This document shows positions 36,186-49,497 of a stretch of DNA of 64,000 nucleotides, one piece after another. The position numbers and the translations under genes were made by a program. A model generated the notes under the pieces. It was not told where the DNA came from. It made no database searches and worked only from the letters and a program-made list of their open reading frames with translations. This DNA is from Malacoraja senta (lineage: Eukaryota). Within the stretch, counting starts at the first letter, position 1. The number at the start of each line of letters is the position of its first letter. Where the stretch lies: assembly GCA_038087875.1 (NCBI GenBank), contig CM075988.1, positions 12,214,001-12,278,000 of the forward strand. The letters run 5' to 3'.

Positions 36186-38559
36186 GGTGCCATCTGCCCA
36201 TCATCCCCTCTCCATATTGTTATTGTCATTGCCTTAATTGAATATTGTCTTTCTGATTAAATGAACTCTATAGTTGTTTTGCGCAAACACATATTCGATT
36301 GGAAAGTTTCCATTTGATGCACATAATTTTCAGAGCATATCATCATGAAATAGGAAGTGTGATGAGCAGGAGAAAGTGCACACGAGCTTAATTGCATAGA
36401 ATAATTTGCAGAATGTCCATCAAATCGTGTGCATGAAAAATCTTGGCTATGGAATGGATGTAATTAAATGTGATAGTTCAAAAAAATACTGTACATGTGG
36501 GCTCTGCTGAGAAGTCTTTTATTTTCTCTAAATTAAGATGGATCTTTTTCTGCAGAACAATCAAAGTCTCTGTCAGAAGTATTCCCTTGAAAATATTGAA
36601 CGCTTGTCATTATTGTCGGGTTTTTTCATATCATTGACATTATGGTCGAAGTTAAAATGACGATTGATATTTGTGTTTCTGTGACTTTCTTGAATGAATC
36701 TATTGAATTTTGTGAATCTCTAGCACCATGTCTTTAAAAATTTAATGAGAGCAGTCTAACAAAGTTATTTTGAGATTATAATGCTGGTTCTGAGCTATGG
36801 CAATATAGATAACTGGAGACATGGAGCAAAATTGTTTTTAGGGATATATAACGCTACAATAGTAAATGAAGGCTTGGTCTTTTTACACATGGAAGGAAGG
36901 AAAAGGAATAATCTTTAGACTTTTGCACGTTAATGTTACCCTCTCCAAGAATGTTGTCGATTGTTGCAAAGAAATAAAAAGTAATCAGCCATTAATTAAA
37001 TTGATATACACACGGCCCACTGACTTTAAGCATTTATTTTTCCTTGTACTTTTGTCCATTTAGTTTTCTATCCATTAAAGTGGTCATTCATTGGCAAACT
37101 GTAACTCGCCATTCAAACTGTTAGCACCCCAGTGCCATGAAGTAATTGTAGGGTATATGTGTAATTAGGCAGCATGTCAGTGTTGTGTGTTATTTGTAGC
37201 TACGAATGCATTGATTGGAATTAGCCGTCCCTATTGTACATACACAAAAATGGAGTATTTTAACCTGGAATAGTTGCACGTGAGGAATATTTTTAGTACG
37301 TTCAATTTAATATGTTCTGTCACTCTCGTTGCAGGTGAGGAGTGTATAAAGTTAGGCCTATTTATTAAATCATATTGAGCTCTTATTGGAACAGTTATAA
37401 TTGCTTTTCAGAAACTAGAATAGTTTAATGTCTGAAATGGCTGTATGACATGAGCAGAGGAGAGTATTGTCTGTCAAAAGTGGAATTTAATATGAGTGCT
37501 TTGAATGTCTTGGTAACAGAGGTTGCCGGTGTCATTTCTCTCTCTTTTACAGATTTGCCAGCAAGCCTGACAGGTCTAAATTACTTTTTGGGGTTTTGTT
37601 CTGCTTTAATGTAAGACATGACTCACAAATTGAAGCGGATTTGAAAATGTTGCTATTTTTAGACTTCATCAAAATGGTCGGTCACCTACTTGATGGGTTT
37701 AAACAAATCAGTGCAAGAATTAATGCACTAGTGTGTGGGGGAAAAAAAGAACAAGCTAGGGATCAAAGACAATTGTGGACAATGCAAAGGGGAAATTTGC
37801 TTTCAGGGTCAAACAAAATAATGTAAGATGAAGCAATCACACGAAGCTGCAGATGCCGGGTTTACCAACAAAGACACTGGAGTACAAGTGCTGGAGTAAC
37901 TCAGCAGGTCAGGCAGAATCTCTGGCAACTATGGACAGGTGACACCTTGGCTAGGGATGATTCAGCTGCTTGACCCATTGGCACTTTGTGACTTTTGAAG
38001 GGAAGAAGTTGCAGGTTTAGGTGAGATGAATGGAGTGGAAGCTGGTTCAACTCTTAATATTAACACAGTGACAGTTATGGGGTGGAGGAAGATCATATTG
38101 GATAAAGTGTCTTCACCTCAGAAGAGCAAGCAGAAGAATTGCACTGAATAAGGTTAAATAAAACGAGAAATACAAATGTTTGAAAAAATATTTGAAATTT
38201 GAATGCTTATGCTAATGGATGATGAATGTTTTTCATGCATTGCAATCAATGATGACAGCACTGGTGGAATAGCTTTGTCAGTGAAAGACAAGGCTTTTAC
38301 AGTTTGTTAAAAGTCACTGAAGGGAAGCTAATGTTCAACTAAAGGGAAATGAGTAGTTCAGAGGAAGGTAAACACAAGGATTTTGGAAGCATTCATTACA
38401 TTGGGTACTTTTAAGAATAGAGCAATCAAATTAATATTTAATGTGCTATATACGTGAGAAAATTGGAAGGAATTATTGATTAACATCTAGAGAAGAAACA
38501 GAAAAAATATATCTTGATTGGTGGGTGGGAGGCAAAACAACCATTTGAAGAAATAGAGA

Positions 38560-39120
38560 TGCAAGGAACTGCAGATGCTCTTGTTGTGAGCAAAATACAA
38601 AGTGCTGGAGTAACTCAGCAGGTCAGGCGGCGTCTGTGGAGGGAATGGACAGACAGCATTTTGGGAAGGGTCCCTTCTTCAGACTGATTGTAGTGGAGGA
38701 CAGAAGCTGGAAAAGGGAGGTGGGGGTGGGACGAAGCCTGGCAAATGATATGTGGGTGTTGGTGAAGGATGTTTAGTTGGCAGATGGGTGGAGTAAGTGA
38801 CAAAGGTTAGAGGTGAAAATAAACAAAAGTGTGTCATTTCAGGAGAGAAGAGATGGAGTGAAATGTGAGGGATTGTAATGCGAGGGATGTAGGTGGATGG
38901 GGACATGGGGAGGGGAGAGAGGGGATATAAAAGGGAAATGAGGGACAGGATAGGAGGTGAGTGTATTACAAGGGGGGAAAGGAGCAGGATGACTGGGGAA
39001 GTGGAAGAAAGGGGTGCCCACTGGGATGGGTGGAGGGCACAGGAAAGAGAGGAGTGTGGGGTAGTGGGATAGTACTTTAAATTGCCAAATTCAATGATCA
39101 CACCATTGGATTGCAAGCTT
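38560..39120 (-). mobile_element. Penelope-like 3' fragment
   Basis: AAGGAACTGCAGATGCT...CCCTTCTTCAGACTGA plus purine-rich spacer and CACCATTGGATTGCAAGCT. Confidence 0.75.
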
Positions 39121-39689
39121 TCAGTTAGACCTGCTGTATATATTTCTAGGCATTTTCTACATTTACTCCAAATTTGAACCATCTGTAATTTTTTTAATTT
39201 TGCTTGTCAAAGCCTTCATGGAACATCCCATATACATCATTGATAATTATGCTGCTCAGTGATGGTGTTTGATTAGAGTTTACATTTTATGGGCCATAAT
39301 GTAAGTCTGTACACAACCAGAATTGTTTATGAAGGTCTGCTTGCAAATTTCTTTCAACAATTAACTGAAAGGAAATGTCAATAATTGAGCTTGAAACAGC
39401 TATAATGTGAGTGACAGGAAAATGCTGTAAGGTAGTATACTTCGCAGATTGGACTACAGTCTTGCACCATTCTGCTGTCTTGCCAGCACATCATATTGAT
39501 TGTTGTACTTCTCATTAATCACTGTAAACTAGTTACTCTGCAAGCTTCATGTGAATGAGGAATTTCAATGCACCCTGGTATACATGACAGTAAGCTGGTT
39601 TGAACCTGCATTCCTTTGCTGAAACTCTTTTCCAATGACTTGCAACACATGACCATTGCTTCATCATGCCCTTGTTATGCACAATTGAG

Positions 39690-39915
39690 GATAGACACAA
39701 AAAGCTGGAGTAACTCAATGTGGGACAGGCACCATCTCTGGAGAGAAGGAATAGGTAACGTTTCGGCTCGAGACCCTTCTTCAGTGCAAAAGGGCCTCGA
39801 CCCGAAACGTCATCCATTCCTTCTCTCCAGAGATGCTGCCCGTCCCCACTGAGTCACTCCAGCTTTTTGTGTCTATCTTCGGTTTAAACCAGCATCCGCA
39901 GTTCCTTCCTACACA
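39690..39915. mobile_element. Palindromic Penelope pLTR unit
   Basis: About 90-bp inverted arms around 39783-39790; degenerate flanking repeat TTATGCACAATTGAG/TTGTGCAGAATTGGG. Confidence 0.85.
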
Positions 39916-40379
39916 TTGTGCAGAATTGGGGACCATTTTCCACCTGAATAGTTGTGTTGCATTTAACAGTGGATCTCCAGTTGACTTGCGCTTGGCAAAT
40001 TGAAGGATATGGGCTGAGTAATTTTGTTTCTCGGCCTGAAATGAATTGACCATCAAAATTAGTTTCCCCTTCTATTAACTTCAATGGAAGGAAAGGGTGG
40101 ACAGAATTGTTAATGACATTTAATCTGCTATTACTCATTATATGATACCACGTCTTTGCTTCTGTCACTTCCACAGATTATTTTGCAATATTTTTCTAAT
40201 TCCATTTTGTATCTTTGCCATTGCTATATATATTACTTTTTTGTTTGGCAATCCTTTTTCCTTTTGGATAGGAAATGATGGGTGAAACGGAATTGATGAG
40301 GCTTATAAATTAGTTTTTATAGTGGTGTGTGTGAGAATATACAGCTGATGGGATTTAGTGATTGCATTTAGATGGAATT

Positions 40380-40577
40380 GTATTCGATGGATGTTTGCAC
40401 CTCTATACTGTCATTAAGTTGCATGCTTTTACTTTCGATCATTTGTATTGCATAATTTATGTACAATTTATGTTTAGTGTGTTGTCTTAGTCTATGTGCC
40501 TGTGATGCTGCTGCAAGCAAACTTTTTCATTGTACTTGTATCACACCGTACATGACAATAACCTAACTTGATTTGAA
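40380..40577 (+). mobile_element. Rex1-like 3' UTR remnant
   Basis: GCCTGTGATGCTGCTGCAAG...TTTTCATTGTAC...CATGACAATAAC...(TTGA) tail. Confidence 0.5.
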
Positions 40578-40914
40578 TGGACCAGGGCACGAGTAGACCT
40601 TAAGAAGGTTTTGGCATATTTATGAGTATTTTTAATGTGTACAGGGCTGGAATGGCTGGGCTGAGAAATTTGAATCTGGGAAAGAATTCCAAGAATTCCA
40701 AGAATGGAACTTCCCCTGCTGCTGGAAGCTCTGCCACAATTCATTCATTCTTTAAGAGTCCAGGGTGCTGCAATCCATTGAGTTTGGTCCTGCTCCTCTG
40801 GACTAAGTAATTACAAGTATGGATGATCCACAGCGAGTCGATGCAGGGAGATTAAATCAGTAAAATCTGTTCTATTGGTTTTACTTCCAACGATGGCACT
40901 GCGCTTTAATTTTG

Positions 40915-41224
40915 GTTTAATTTAGTTCAGACATACAACATGGAAACAGGCCCTTCAACCCACCCAGGTCCACCGATCATCCATTTACATTAGTTCTATG
41001 TTATCCCACTTTCTCATCCGCACCCTACACATTCGAGAGAATTTCCAGAGTCCAAATAACCTTCAAATCCGCACACGTCAGGGGTGTGGGTGGAGACCGG
41101 AGCACCCGAAGGAAACCCACGCTGTTACTGGGTGAACATGCAAACTCCACACAGGCAGCACCTGAGTTCAGGAATAAATACGGGTCCCTGACGCTGTGAG
41201 GCAGTGGCTCTACCAGCAGTGCCA
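40915..41224 (-). mobile_element. HE1-like V-SINE
   Basis: CATGGAAACAGGCCC, ACCGGAGCACCCGAAGGAAACCCAC, GGCAGTGGCTCTACC. Confidence 0.82.
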
Positions 41225-42524
41225 ATGCCTATTGTATATTGCCATTTATAATTCCAAGTTGCTTCAAAGGTTCAAAGGTATTTTATTGTCACGTGTACCA
41301 ATTACGGTACTGTGAAACAGAGGAGAATATTCAAATAACCATTTATACCCAGCCATATAAAAATTCAAGAAGGACAGGAAAGCTTAGCGTCGCCAGCCAG
41401 TTGTGTGTAGTAGGAAGCAGAATGAACGGGGCCCAACCTGCCATTATAATCCTGACAGCAATTATTTACAAGAGATCTTTTCCATCATGTTGGTTCATCA
41501 ACTATGTTAGTGTAAAATGTTGAAGAGCTGTCAAAAGGCTTTACTCGAATTGCCATCTCTCAGTTATGTTGCTCGTCCTCCATTCTCTGTTGAAGTGTAA
41601 ACAAAATGCCTGATTAAAAAGAACAGGTTGATTGCAGAATTCCAGCTACATAGCACACAGACTACTTCTCCGAGAGTAGAAACTCTCTGGATCTGGTGCT
41701 TTTTAGCAAACAATGGAGCCGGGACAATGAGGAGTATAATTCAAAAATTATAATTCAACTATTTCAAAAATTGAATGAGTGAAAACTTGCTCTCTGAATC
41801 AAAGTAAACGTGCCTTGGGTTCTTCTGAAATCTTTGCAGTTTGAAGTACATATTCATATGATAATACAGTTGTATTGTTGATTGAATACTTGACTCCTAG
41901 TTTCAGGATCAGATATCTGAGTCTCGGAGCTGTCTGTCATTTCTCACCTGGCTGGGTTTCGACAGGCGAGAGAGTGTTGTGTTAGAGTGCGATTCTCACC
42001 CTGTCACTTGAATTGTATCCTTCTTTAAAGGGAAAGCTACAGTGTGCATTAGTTATAATGGCAATTGCTTAATTCTATTTAAACCTTAATGGTGTAATTG
42101 GAGACATTTATAAAACATGAAAGATGATCCAGTGGTTCACTCAAATGAAATATCATTGTTGCATCCATAAAGACAAGCTGGTTATGAATTTTATCACCTT
42201 TTCTCCACAATCATAATTTATACAGGGCACCAAAAATATCTGTGATGCAAGTTGTGCAGGAGCCATTTTGAATGTTTGCCTTTCCTGCACAATTACTGAG
42301 CATTCCAGCTACCTGCATACTGGGTCCTTTTTGGCCTCATTTGCAATGGTCAAACTTTAGACCATTGTCATTGGAGCTTGCGTGCTTTCTCGAACTACCC
42401 TTCTCGGTAGCTTTGACTGAGGCTCACGGTTTGCAGAAGTTCACAAGATTAGATGATGGGTGTTAAAATTACGTGCGGCCCTTCCACTCCTGTGACACTC
42501 CTGTAACACTCCCTCAACACAAGG

Positions 42525-42860
42525 ACACAAGAAAAAAGGATCAGAAATGGGTCACTAAGCCCATCTAGCCTGCCCTATTCGTCAATATGACATTGGCTAA
42601 CCTGTGCTGGTCATAATTCCTCTTCTGTGCCAGTTCCCTATTACCATTGATTTGTTGCACTTTCAAATATTTATCTCTTGACTTTAAATATATCTAATGC
42701 TTCCAACACCCTGAGGGGCAGAGAATTTGAGAGATCCTCCATCCTCTGAGAGAAGTCAAGGCTACGCACCTCAGTTGGCCCTTGGTTTACAATGGTGTCC
42801 CTTGCTCGTGATTCTCCCACTCATGAAAACCCACCGAGTCTCCCAACATCAATTTCCTCA
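42525..42860 (-). mobile_element. Ancient CR1-like fragment
   Basis: GGGGCAGAGAATTT..AGATCC..CATCCTCTGAGAGAAG resembles the LWNSLP segment on the minus strand. Confidence 0.45.
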
Positions 42861-44937
42861 AGGATAAATTGGACAATACAATTTGAATAAAACCCAGCAT
42901 TCTTCCGGGCTTTGTGTGATACTGAGTGCTTTGTTAGGCTGGCTTCACCGCAGAACCTTGAACTACAAACGTAAATAAAAATGTTAAATAACTCAGTGTA
43001 GCTTTCAGTTAAATTATCTATCTAAGTCAAGTGAACACTACCAGTTGGATATTTACCAGGCAGCTACTTAAGACTGCAGGGAAAACTGAGCTTCTAAATA
43101 CTTATCCCTGTTTCCATTCACTCCAGCTTCTTATACTCTTTTTTTCATGGATTTGTGCCAATCACCATGGCAGCCGGCCTATTAGTAAGCTGTCCCAGGA
43201 AACCCTCCTGGCTGCCCATCAATGTGAACATACAGTTAGTGCTGTATCTCACTGCTTAGAAATATTTTTCCTCATTCTTTTTTTGTAAAGATATTTTCTA
43301 TTTAATTCGGTTTTACTCAGTGGCTTTGGACGGCAATTTAAATGTGTTGTATCAGTTGTGTGGTAATTTCTTGTTTTGGTTCAGCTGATAATTACAGTTG
43401 ATTATTAAAATTTCACATTGTGGGAGCTGTGTTAATTAGACTTTGGCAGGGTTCAGGAACTGCAGAAAAATGACATATTCAGGGTAATTTGGATCCCAAT
43501 TCATAAATAGTTACATCTCAAAACCCAATGTGGAAGACTGCTACAAAACCATGATCGTTATTTTCAACAGATTTAACACATTGGCCTCGACAACATGCCC
43601 CGTGGTCAAATATTCTGCAAAATAGCATTCAGAATTTTAATGGTAATCTAAAATGATGGCAAGTACGGACCATTTTAAGTGATTTTATGTTTAGGTTTGG
43701 ATATGATGGGGCTTTGCAGGAAGACAACTTGCTGATTTGGTGTGGGAATGAGCAAGCTCGTTTGGTTGTATCAAAGAAACTGTTTAGTCTTCAGTGGTCT
43801 CTCGGGTGACAAGATGAAAGTTGAACTAAAATGGGGTTAAAACACATTTATGAATGTGATAGAAGTCTTGCTTTGGCGAACGTTAATGAGATCAACACTT
43901 TTTTTAAATTACATTTGGGTTGCTATCACAAATTTGTTTGTGTAATCAAATCGACTTGGAGTGTCTGCAATCTCTATCAATTCACATAGCCTGTTATTTC
44001 CAGAAATATATTTTCATTAGCTGACTGAACAAGTTGAATGCCATCATAATTTAAGTACAGCAGGGACATGGTGCAAGATAGCAGAAGGGGGGGAATTTGG
44101 GGACATACATGCTCTCCCCAATAATTGCATGAAAATAAGCATACATATAACATGTGGCTTTGTGAGCACATGAACAAAGTTGCCCAATAACATAAAGGTC
44201 TTACATGCCTTATCCATTCAAACGAAGAACATTTAAATCATGAATGCTGCTGATTGCAAACACTTTTAAAATGTTCACACTTGAATCCATTATATATACC
44301 GTATATCCTTTTTACTCCTGACATTTTGTGTTCTCCATCATCCTCTTGCATAATTTCCTCCCTCACTTGGAGACAACTTGCCTGATCTTAGATTATAAAA
44401 ATGAATACTAATTTCTCCTCCAACTAAATAGATGTCATTTTAAATTTCTCCATGGTGAGTGCAGTTTGATGTTTATTTGTCGCTGGTCTTTCCTCTCCCG
44501 TCCACTCAAAAAAGTCAACACACGTGCTACTATACATAAGCACATCCCTTCAACAAGAACAGACTTCATTTTTGACAGAGAAGTGCATTTCTCAGTACAT
44601 GAGATCTGGTGGTTTTAGTTTTGGAACAATTAAAAAAATATGAAAATTGTTCTGTTAGTTGGAAATTGAGCCGTCATTGATTCATTTGATTGGGAACCGT
44701 GCAAGATTCTGAGTGAGAGTGATAGAGTAAGCTTGAGAGGCTCTTTCTTTCCTATCTCTCAGATCAGAAAGGATACACTTTTCAAAAACTGAGATAATGA
44801 CAAAACTCTTTACATAGATCATTCTAAACCTTTGGCATTTTTGCCAGCTGTTGACTAATCGCAAGTCCAATAGATGTTTTAGCACACGTACAAGGTAGTG
44901 AGGAATGCATGGTAAAATGAATGTGATGTATTATCAG

Positions 44938-45026
44938 AAGATAGAAACAAAAAGCTGGAGAACTCAGCGGGACAGGCAGCATCTCTGGAGATAAGGAAAG
45001 GGTGACATTTTGGATCGAGACCCTTG
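44938..45026 (-). mobile_element. Penelope pLTR fragment
   Basis: Family consensus motif; TTATCAGA on both sides. Confidence 0.75.
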
Positions 45027-45371
45027 TAAGACATTTATCAGATTTATTTTAAACATATATAGATGAAAAGCAATTTACTTCAATGAGTATTTTAACAAAG
45101 GAACACTAGCAACACAGCACCGTGTTTGGCTGAACTATTGAACGGGAGCTGTTTTAAATCTACTTTAAAAGCCTGACAAATGTATCTTTGTCATAGGTCA
45201 ATGGGGTCCTTAATTTCAGAGCTTGACATCTTGAGTATATTTGACATGTTATGACTTTTTTAAATCCATTGTTAATTAACAAGTAAGATTTGTGGAATAT
45301 GAAAGGACAAAGATGAGAGCGAGAGGTTATGATCAGATAATATAATGTGCCATAATCATGAAAAGAAGGAT

Positions 45372-45469
45372 GTCTGAAGAAGGGTCTCGACCCGAAATGT
45401 CAGCCATTCCTTGTCACCAGAGATGCTGCCTGTCCCACTGAGTTACTCCAGCTTTTTGTGTCTTTCTTC
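45372..45469 (+). mobile_element. Penelope pLTR fragment
   Basis: Starts at GTCTGAAGAAGGGTCTCGACCCGAAATGTC and continues with the family consensus. Confidence 0.8.
45374..45401 (+). ncRNA. Minimal hammerhead ribozyme motif (PLE type)
   Basis: CUGAAGA + A + helix II GGGUC/GACCC + GAAA-UG-UC; helix I is weak. Confidence 0.55.
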
Positions 45470-45999
45470 TGCATATATTTTAAGCCTGGTATTAAGTTAA
45501 CACATTCAATTACAGTCCCTGAAAGCCTGCAAATGACTAGCTTTATCCACTCAAGTCCATTGGAATAAGATTGTAAAAGTCTGAGGTTGTATTAATTCTG
45601 AAACCGTGGAAATACGAGCAACTGTTAGTCATATATTTTGAAGGGGATAACGGGATGTCTCCAGCAGACAGAACTGATTGGCAAGTCTCCGTTGTGAGAG
45701 ATGAGAACAGTGAGGAATAGTGACAGATACCAGTCAATGAGTAGTTCCTTTGCCAATCTGTTGTCGTTGCTAAGTAAGACAAGTTCTGCTGCTCTTGCCT
45801 TCCCTTCCAAAAAATGTACTTGCTTTCTTCGAAAAGACCAATGGCTTCAATTTCAAGGTTGTAACTATGCCAGAAATCTTCAGATTTCACCTTCAGAAAA
45901 GAATTGACTGTGAGTCGGCAGTGAGGCTGTGGTCTATTCCCCTGATCACTGTCCATACTAGCAATGGATAATTTGACATGAGCCTGTGTGTTGCATGTA

Positions 46000-46270
46000 T
46001 ACAGACGCACAGACAGACACACAGACAGACACACAGACAGACACACACAGACACACAATCTCACATACACACACACTCACACACACTCTCAAGCTCGCAC
46101 ACTCTCAAACACACACACTTAAACACACTCACACGCACACATGTGTAAATATATATGTGTGTGTAAATATATATGTGTGTGTGTGTGTAAATACATATGT
46201 GTGTGTGTGTATATATATATATATGTATATATGTAGATATATATTTGTATAATATAGATATACATACATA
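46000..46270. repeat. Compound (CA)n/(CAGA)n/(TG)n/(TA)n microsatellite
   Basis: Directly visible low-complexity dinucleotide runs. Confidence 0.9.
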
Positions 46271-46935
46271 GTGTGTAGGAAAGAACTGCAGATACTGTTT
46301 TAAATCAAAGGTAGACAGAAAATGCTGGAGTAACTCAGCGGGACAGGCAAATCTCTGGAGAGAAGGAATGGGTGACGTTTCTGGTCGAGACCCTTATTCA
46401 GACTGAAGTCAGGGGAGTGGGAGGTACAGAGATAAAATGTAGTCGGAGACAGGAAAACTGGTGGGAGAACTGGGAAGGGGAGGGGATGGAGGGAGAGGGA
46501 AAGCAAGGGGTACTTGAAATTAAAGAAGTCAATGTTCATACCGCTGGGGTGTAAGCTACCAAGCGAAATATGAGGTGCTGGTCCTCCAATTTGCGCTGGG
46601 CCTCACTCCGATAATGGAGGAGGCCCAGGTCAGATTGGGAATGGGAGGGGGAGTTAAAGTGCCAAGCAACCAGGAGAGCAGGTAGGTTTAGGCGGACTGA
46701 GCGGAGGTGTTCAGTGAAACGATCGCTGAGCCTGCGCTTGGAGTTGACACCTGGAACAGTGGATACAGTAGATGAGGTTGGAGGTGGTGCAAGTGAACCT
46801 CTGCCTCACCTGAAAAGACTGTCCGGGTCCTTGGACGGAGTCGAGGGGGGAGGTAAAGGGACAGGTGTTGCATCTCCTGCAGTTGCAGGGGAAAGTACCT
46901 GGGGAGGGGGTGGTTTGGGTGGGAAGGGACGTGTT
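46271..46935 (-). mobile_element. Penelope-like element: GIY-YIG endonuclease region plus 3' pLTR
   Basis: ORF 46711..47118 contains PGTFPCNCRRCNTCPF...FQVRQRFTCTTSNLIYCIHCSRC (PLE Zn-knuckle and first GIY-YIG strand; the YIG segment is deleted), followed by the pLTR with a mutated hammerhead core at about 46371-46405. Confidence 0.9.
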
Positions 46936-47646
46936 GACCATAACCCCTGAAAAATGCCTAATGTCCGCTAACCTCTCACAATTATAATAGTCATACTTGA
47001 GTCGCCAGCAATGTCTCCCTTTGTAGATAGTATGTCTCTGTCTTCCAGACCTGTTAGGTGAAGGGTAGCAGGCAGAGACCATTTTGTGGTCAAACCTCAG
47101 TAATGGAAACCCGCTCATTTGAATGGAGTTGCTGTTCAGGCTGAAAACAGGGGTTAAGCCGTTTTTATTTCTCTATTTTGCTTTATCACAATGACTTTAA
47201 TTACACATTTCCTTTTGCCTATGTTGTAGCTTGTTTGAATTGTTTGCAATTGAATCCAAGTTTACTAACATTTTAAAATCAATTCAACGAGCAAGCTGTG
47301 AAAAGACCATCAGGACATTTGAGGGGAGGATTCAGGCTTGTGGGCTACCCCCTTGATTCTGGGGGTGGGGTGGGTTAAGAGTCCTCTGTACGCAGTTGAG
47401 ATTAGTGTGGGCAGGCAGTTACTGATGAAAGTGAGATCAGGTTATATGTTCAATCCTGAACCATCCAGTCCATTTAAAATTGCTTAGTGCTTGGAGTATA
47501 AAATAGGGGGAGCATGAGCTGAAAACTTGTGGGTTAAATCAATCCTTGGCCCTTTAATCCAGCAGAGAGCAACAAATCCAACTGTTGTAATCATATAAAT
47601 CTTTCTCCTCAGTAACACTACCGTTGCTTGCCTTGGCTTCATTGAC

Positions 47647-47900
47647 AGTCTGAAGAAGGGTCCTGACCCAAAATGCTGTCTATCTCTCCACAGATGGTGC
47701 CGGACCTGCTGAATGCCTCCAGTAAAACACAAAGTGCTGGAGGAACTCAGCAGGTCTGGCAGCATCTCTGGAGGAATGAATAGGCGGCAATCTTTCGAAT
47801 CAGGACCCTGCTGCAGAGTCTGAACCCATTCCCTCCACTGATGCTGCCTGACTCGCTGTTTTTGCTCAAGATTCCTGCATCTGCAGATTCTTGTGTCCCT
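47647..47900. mobile_element. Cluster of inverted Penelope pLTR fragments
   Basis: CAGTCTGAAGAAGGGTCCTGACCC..., CACAAAGTGCTGGAGGAACTCAGC..., GCATCTGCAG. Confidence 0.7.
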
Positions 47901-47959
47901 GGGCTTCTGTCAGTAGTTTGTTTCTCTTTGAGAAAATGTCAGAGAAGCTCAGCAGCAGC

Positions 47960-48195
47960 CAGGAGCGTGGTGTACACCACTACCTGCAGGTTCCTCTCCA
48001 CACCGCACACCATCCTGACTGGGAACAATATCACTGTTCCTTCATCCTTCTGGATCCGAATCCTGGATCTTCCTCACTAACACTGGAGAAGATCTGGACC
48101 AGAAACACTGCATCAGGTGAAGAAGACAACTCGCCAACACTTTCTCAAGTAATTAGAGATGGGCAATTCTCACTGACCTTGCCAATAAAAGAATG
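47960..48195 (+). mobile_element. Ancient LINE 3' end (CR1/L2 group)
   Basis: CACACCATCCTGACTGGGAA..TATC.CTGTTCCTTCA...TTCTCAAG.AATTAGAGATGGGCAAT; reverse match to 52150-52320. Confidence 0.55.
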
Positions 48196-48249
48196 AAAAC
48201 AAAATACTTGTGCACTGTGAAAGTTGGCACAGCCAGGTACATGCTATGA

Positions 48250-48610
48250 TAGTTAGAATAGTGAAAGGCTTGGATAGAGCGGATGTGGAGAGGATGTTTC
48301 CACTTGTGGGAGTGTCATAGCCTCAAAATTAAAGGACATTCTTTAAGGAAGGAGATGAGGAGAAATTTCTTTAGTCAGAGGGTGATGAATCTGTGAAATT
48401 CCTTGCCACAGAAGGCTGTGGAGGCCGTCAGTGGATATTTTTAAGGCAGAGGTAGATAGGCTCTTGATTAGTACAGGTGTCAGAGGTTATGGGGAGAAGG
48501 CAGGGGAATGGGGTTTGGAGGGAGAGATAGATCAGCCATGATTGAATGGCGGAGTAGACTTGATGGGCCGCATGGCCTAATTCTATTATTCCTTATGACC
48601 TTATGACCTT
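48250..48610 (+). mobile_element. CR1/HER1-type LINE 3' fragment
   Basis: GAGATGAGGAGAAATTTCTTTAGTCAGAGGGTG...GATCAGCCATGATTGAATGGCGG; (CCTTATGA)n tail. Confidence 0.88.
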
Positions 48611-49089
48611 AATTTTTAATACTTGTAACCAGCTGATAAGCTTTTAATCTACCCTTTAGATTTTTTGCGACAGAATAGTTATGGTTCACATTTTAATTGA
48701 TTTTATGATGCTGCCATGGCGACAGTTGCAGGAAGATATTAGCTCCCACAAAGAATAGTGTGAAAATGTCCATATAGAGTGATGTATCTAATTGAGACAT
48801 GAGGTCTGTCAGGTGAGTTTTGCCCTGAGGTTCACGTGTAGTTGGCATCTAATAAAACTAACATTACAGCGAATATAGTTTTAATGAAACTGATAAGTGA
48901 GATAGGTTTATTTGAATGAGTCAAAATGATTAATTTTTTTATATCAGAGAGCTGTTAGTTCAGCGAATAGCACGGTATTTAAAAATGAAACATGGAGTAT
49001 TAAAATGCAGCCAATGTTTTAATGCCGGAAGCAATTGTAAAATTCAACGGGGAATGCACATGAAACACTCAAGGCTATACATGTTATAT

Positions 49090-49497
49090 GTGTGTGGGAA
49101 TGAACTGTAGATGCTGGTTTACACTGAAGATTGACACATAATGCTGGGGGAGCTCAGCGGGACAGACAGCATCTCTGGGGAGAAGGAATGGGTGACGTTT
49201 CAGGTCGAGACCCTTCTCATGTTGTTTGAGAGATAATGTTAACATTGGGGTGATCCTCAAATTGTTGGTTTTTGGAGACAAATCTACAGTGGAATAATGG
49301 AGGCTTGGTGGGCACTGGAATGCCACACGTGTAACACGCATTGTAACAGGTTTACCGCGCAAGTTGTTTTAATTGCAATTACCACACAAGTAAGATTTTA
49401 ATCAAAGATAGAAACAAAATGTTGGATAACACAATGGAAGAGACAGCATCTCCAGAGAGAAGGAATGGGTGACATTTTGGGTCGAGACCCTTCTTCC
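49090..49497 (-). mobile_element. Two Penelope pLTR fragments (49090-49218, 49405-49497)
   Basis: GGAATGGGTGAC.TTT..GGTCGAGACCCTTCT in both. Confidence 0.75.

Noticed and set aside
45543-46076. 177-aa minus-strand ORF
   Set aside because: Begins in a microsatellite; no recognisable domain or convincing splice context.
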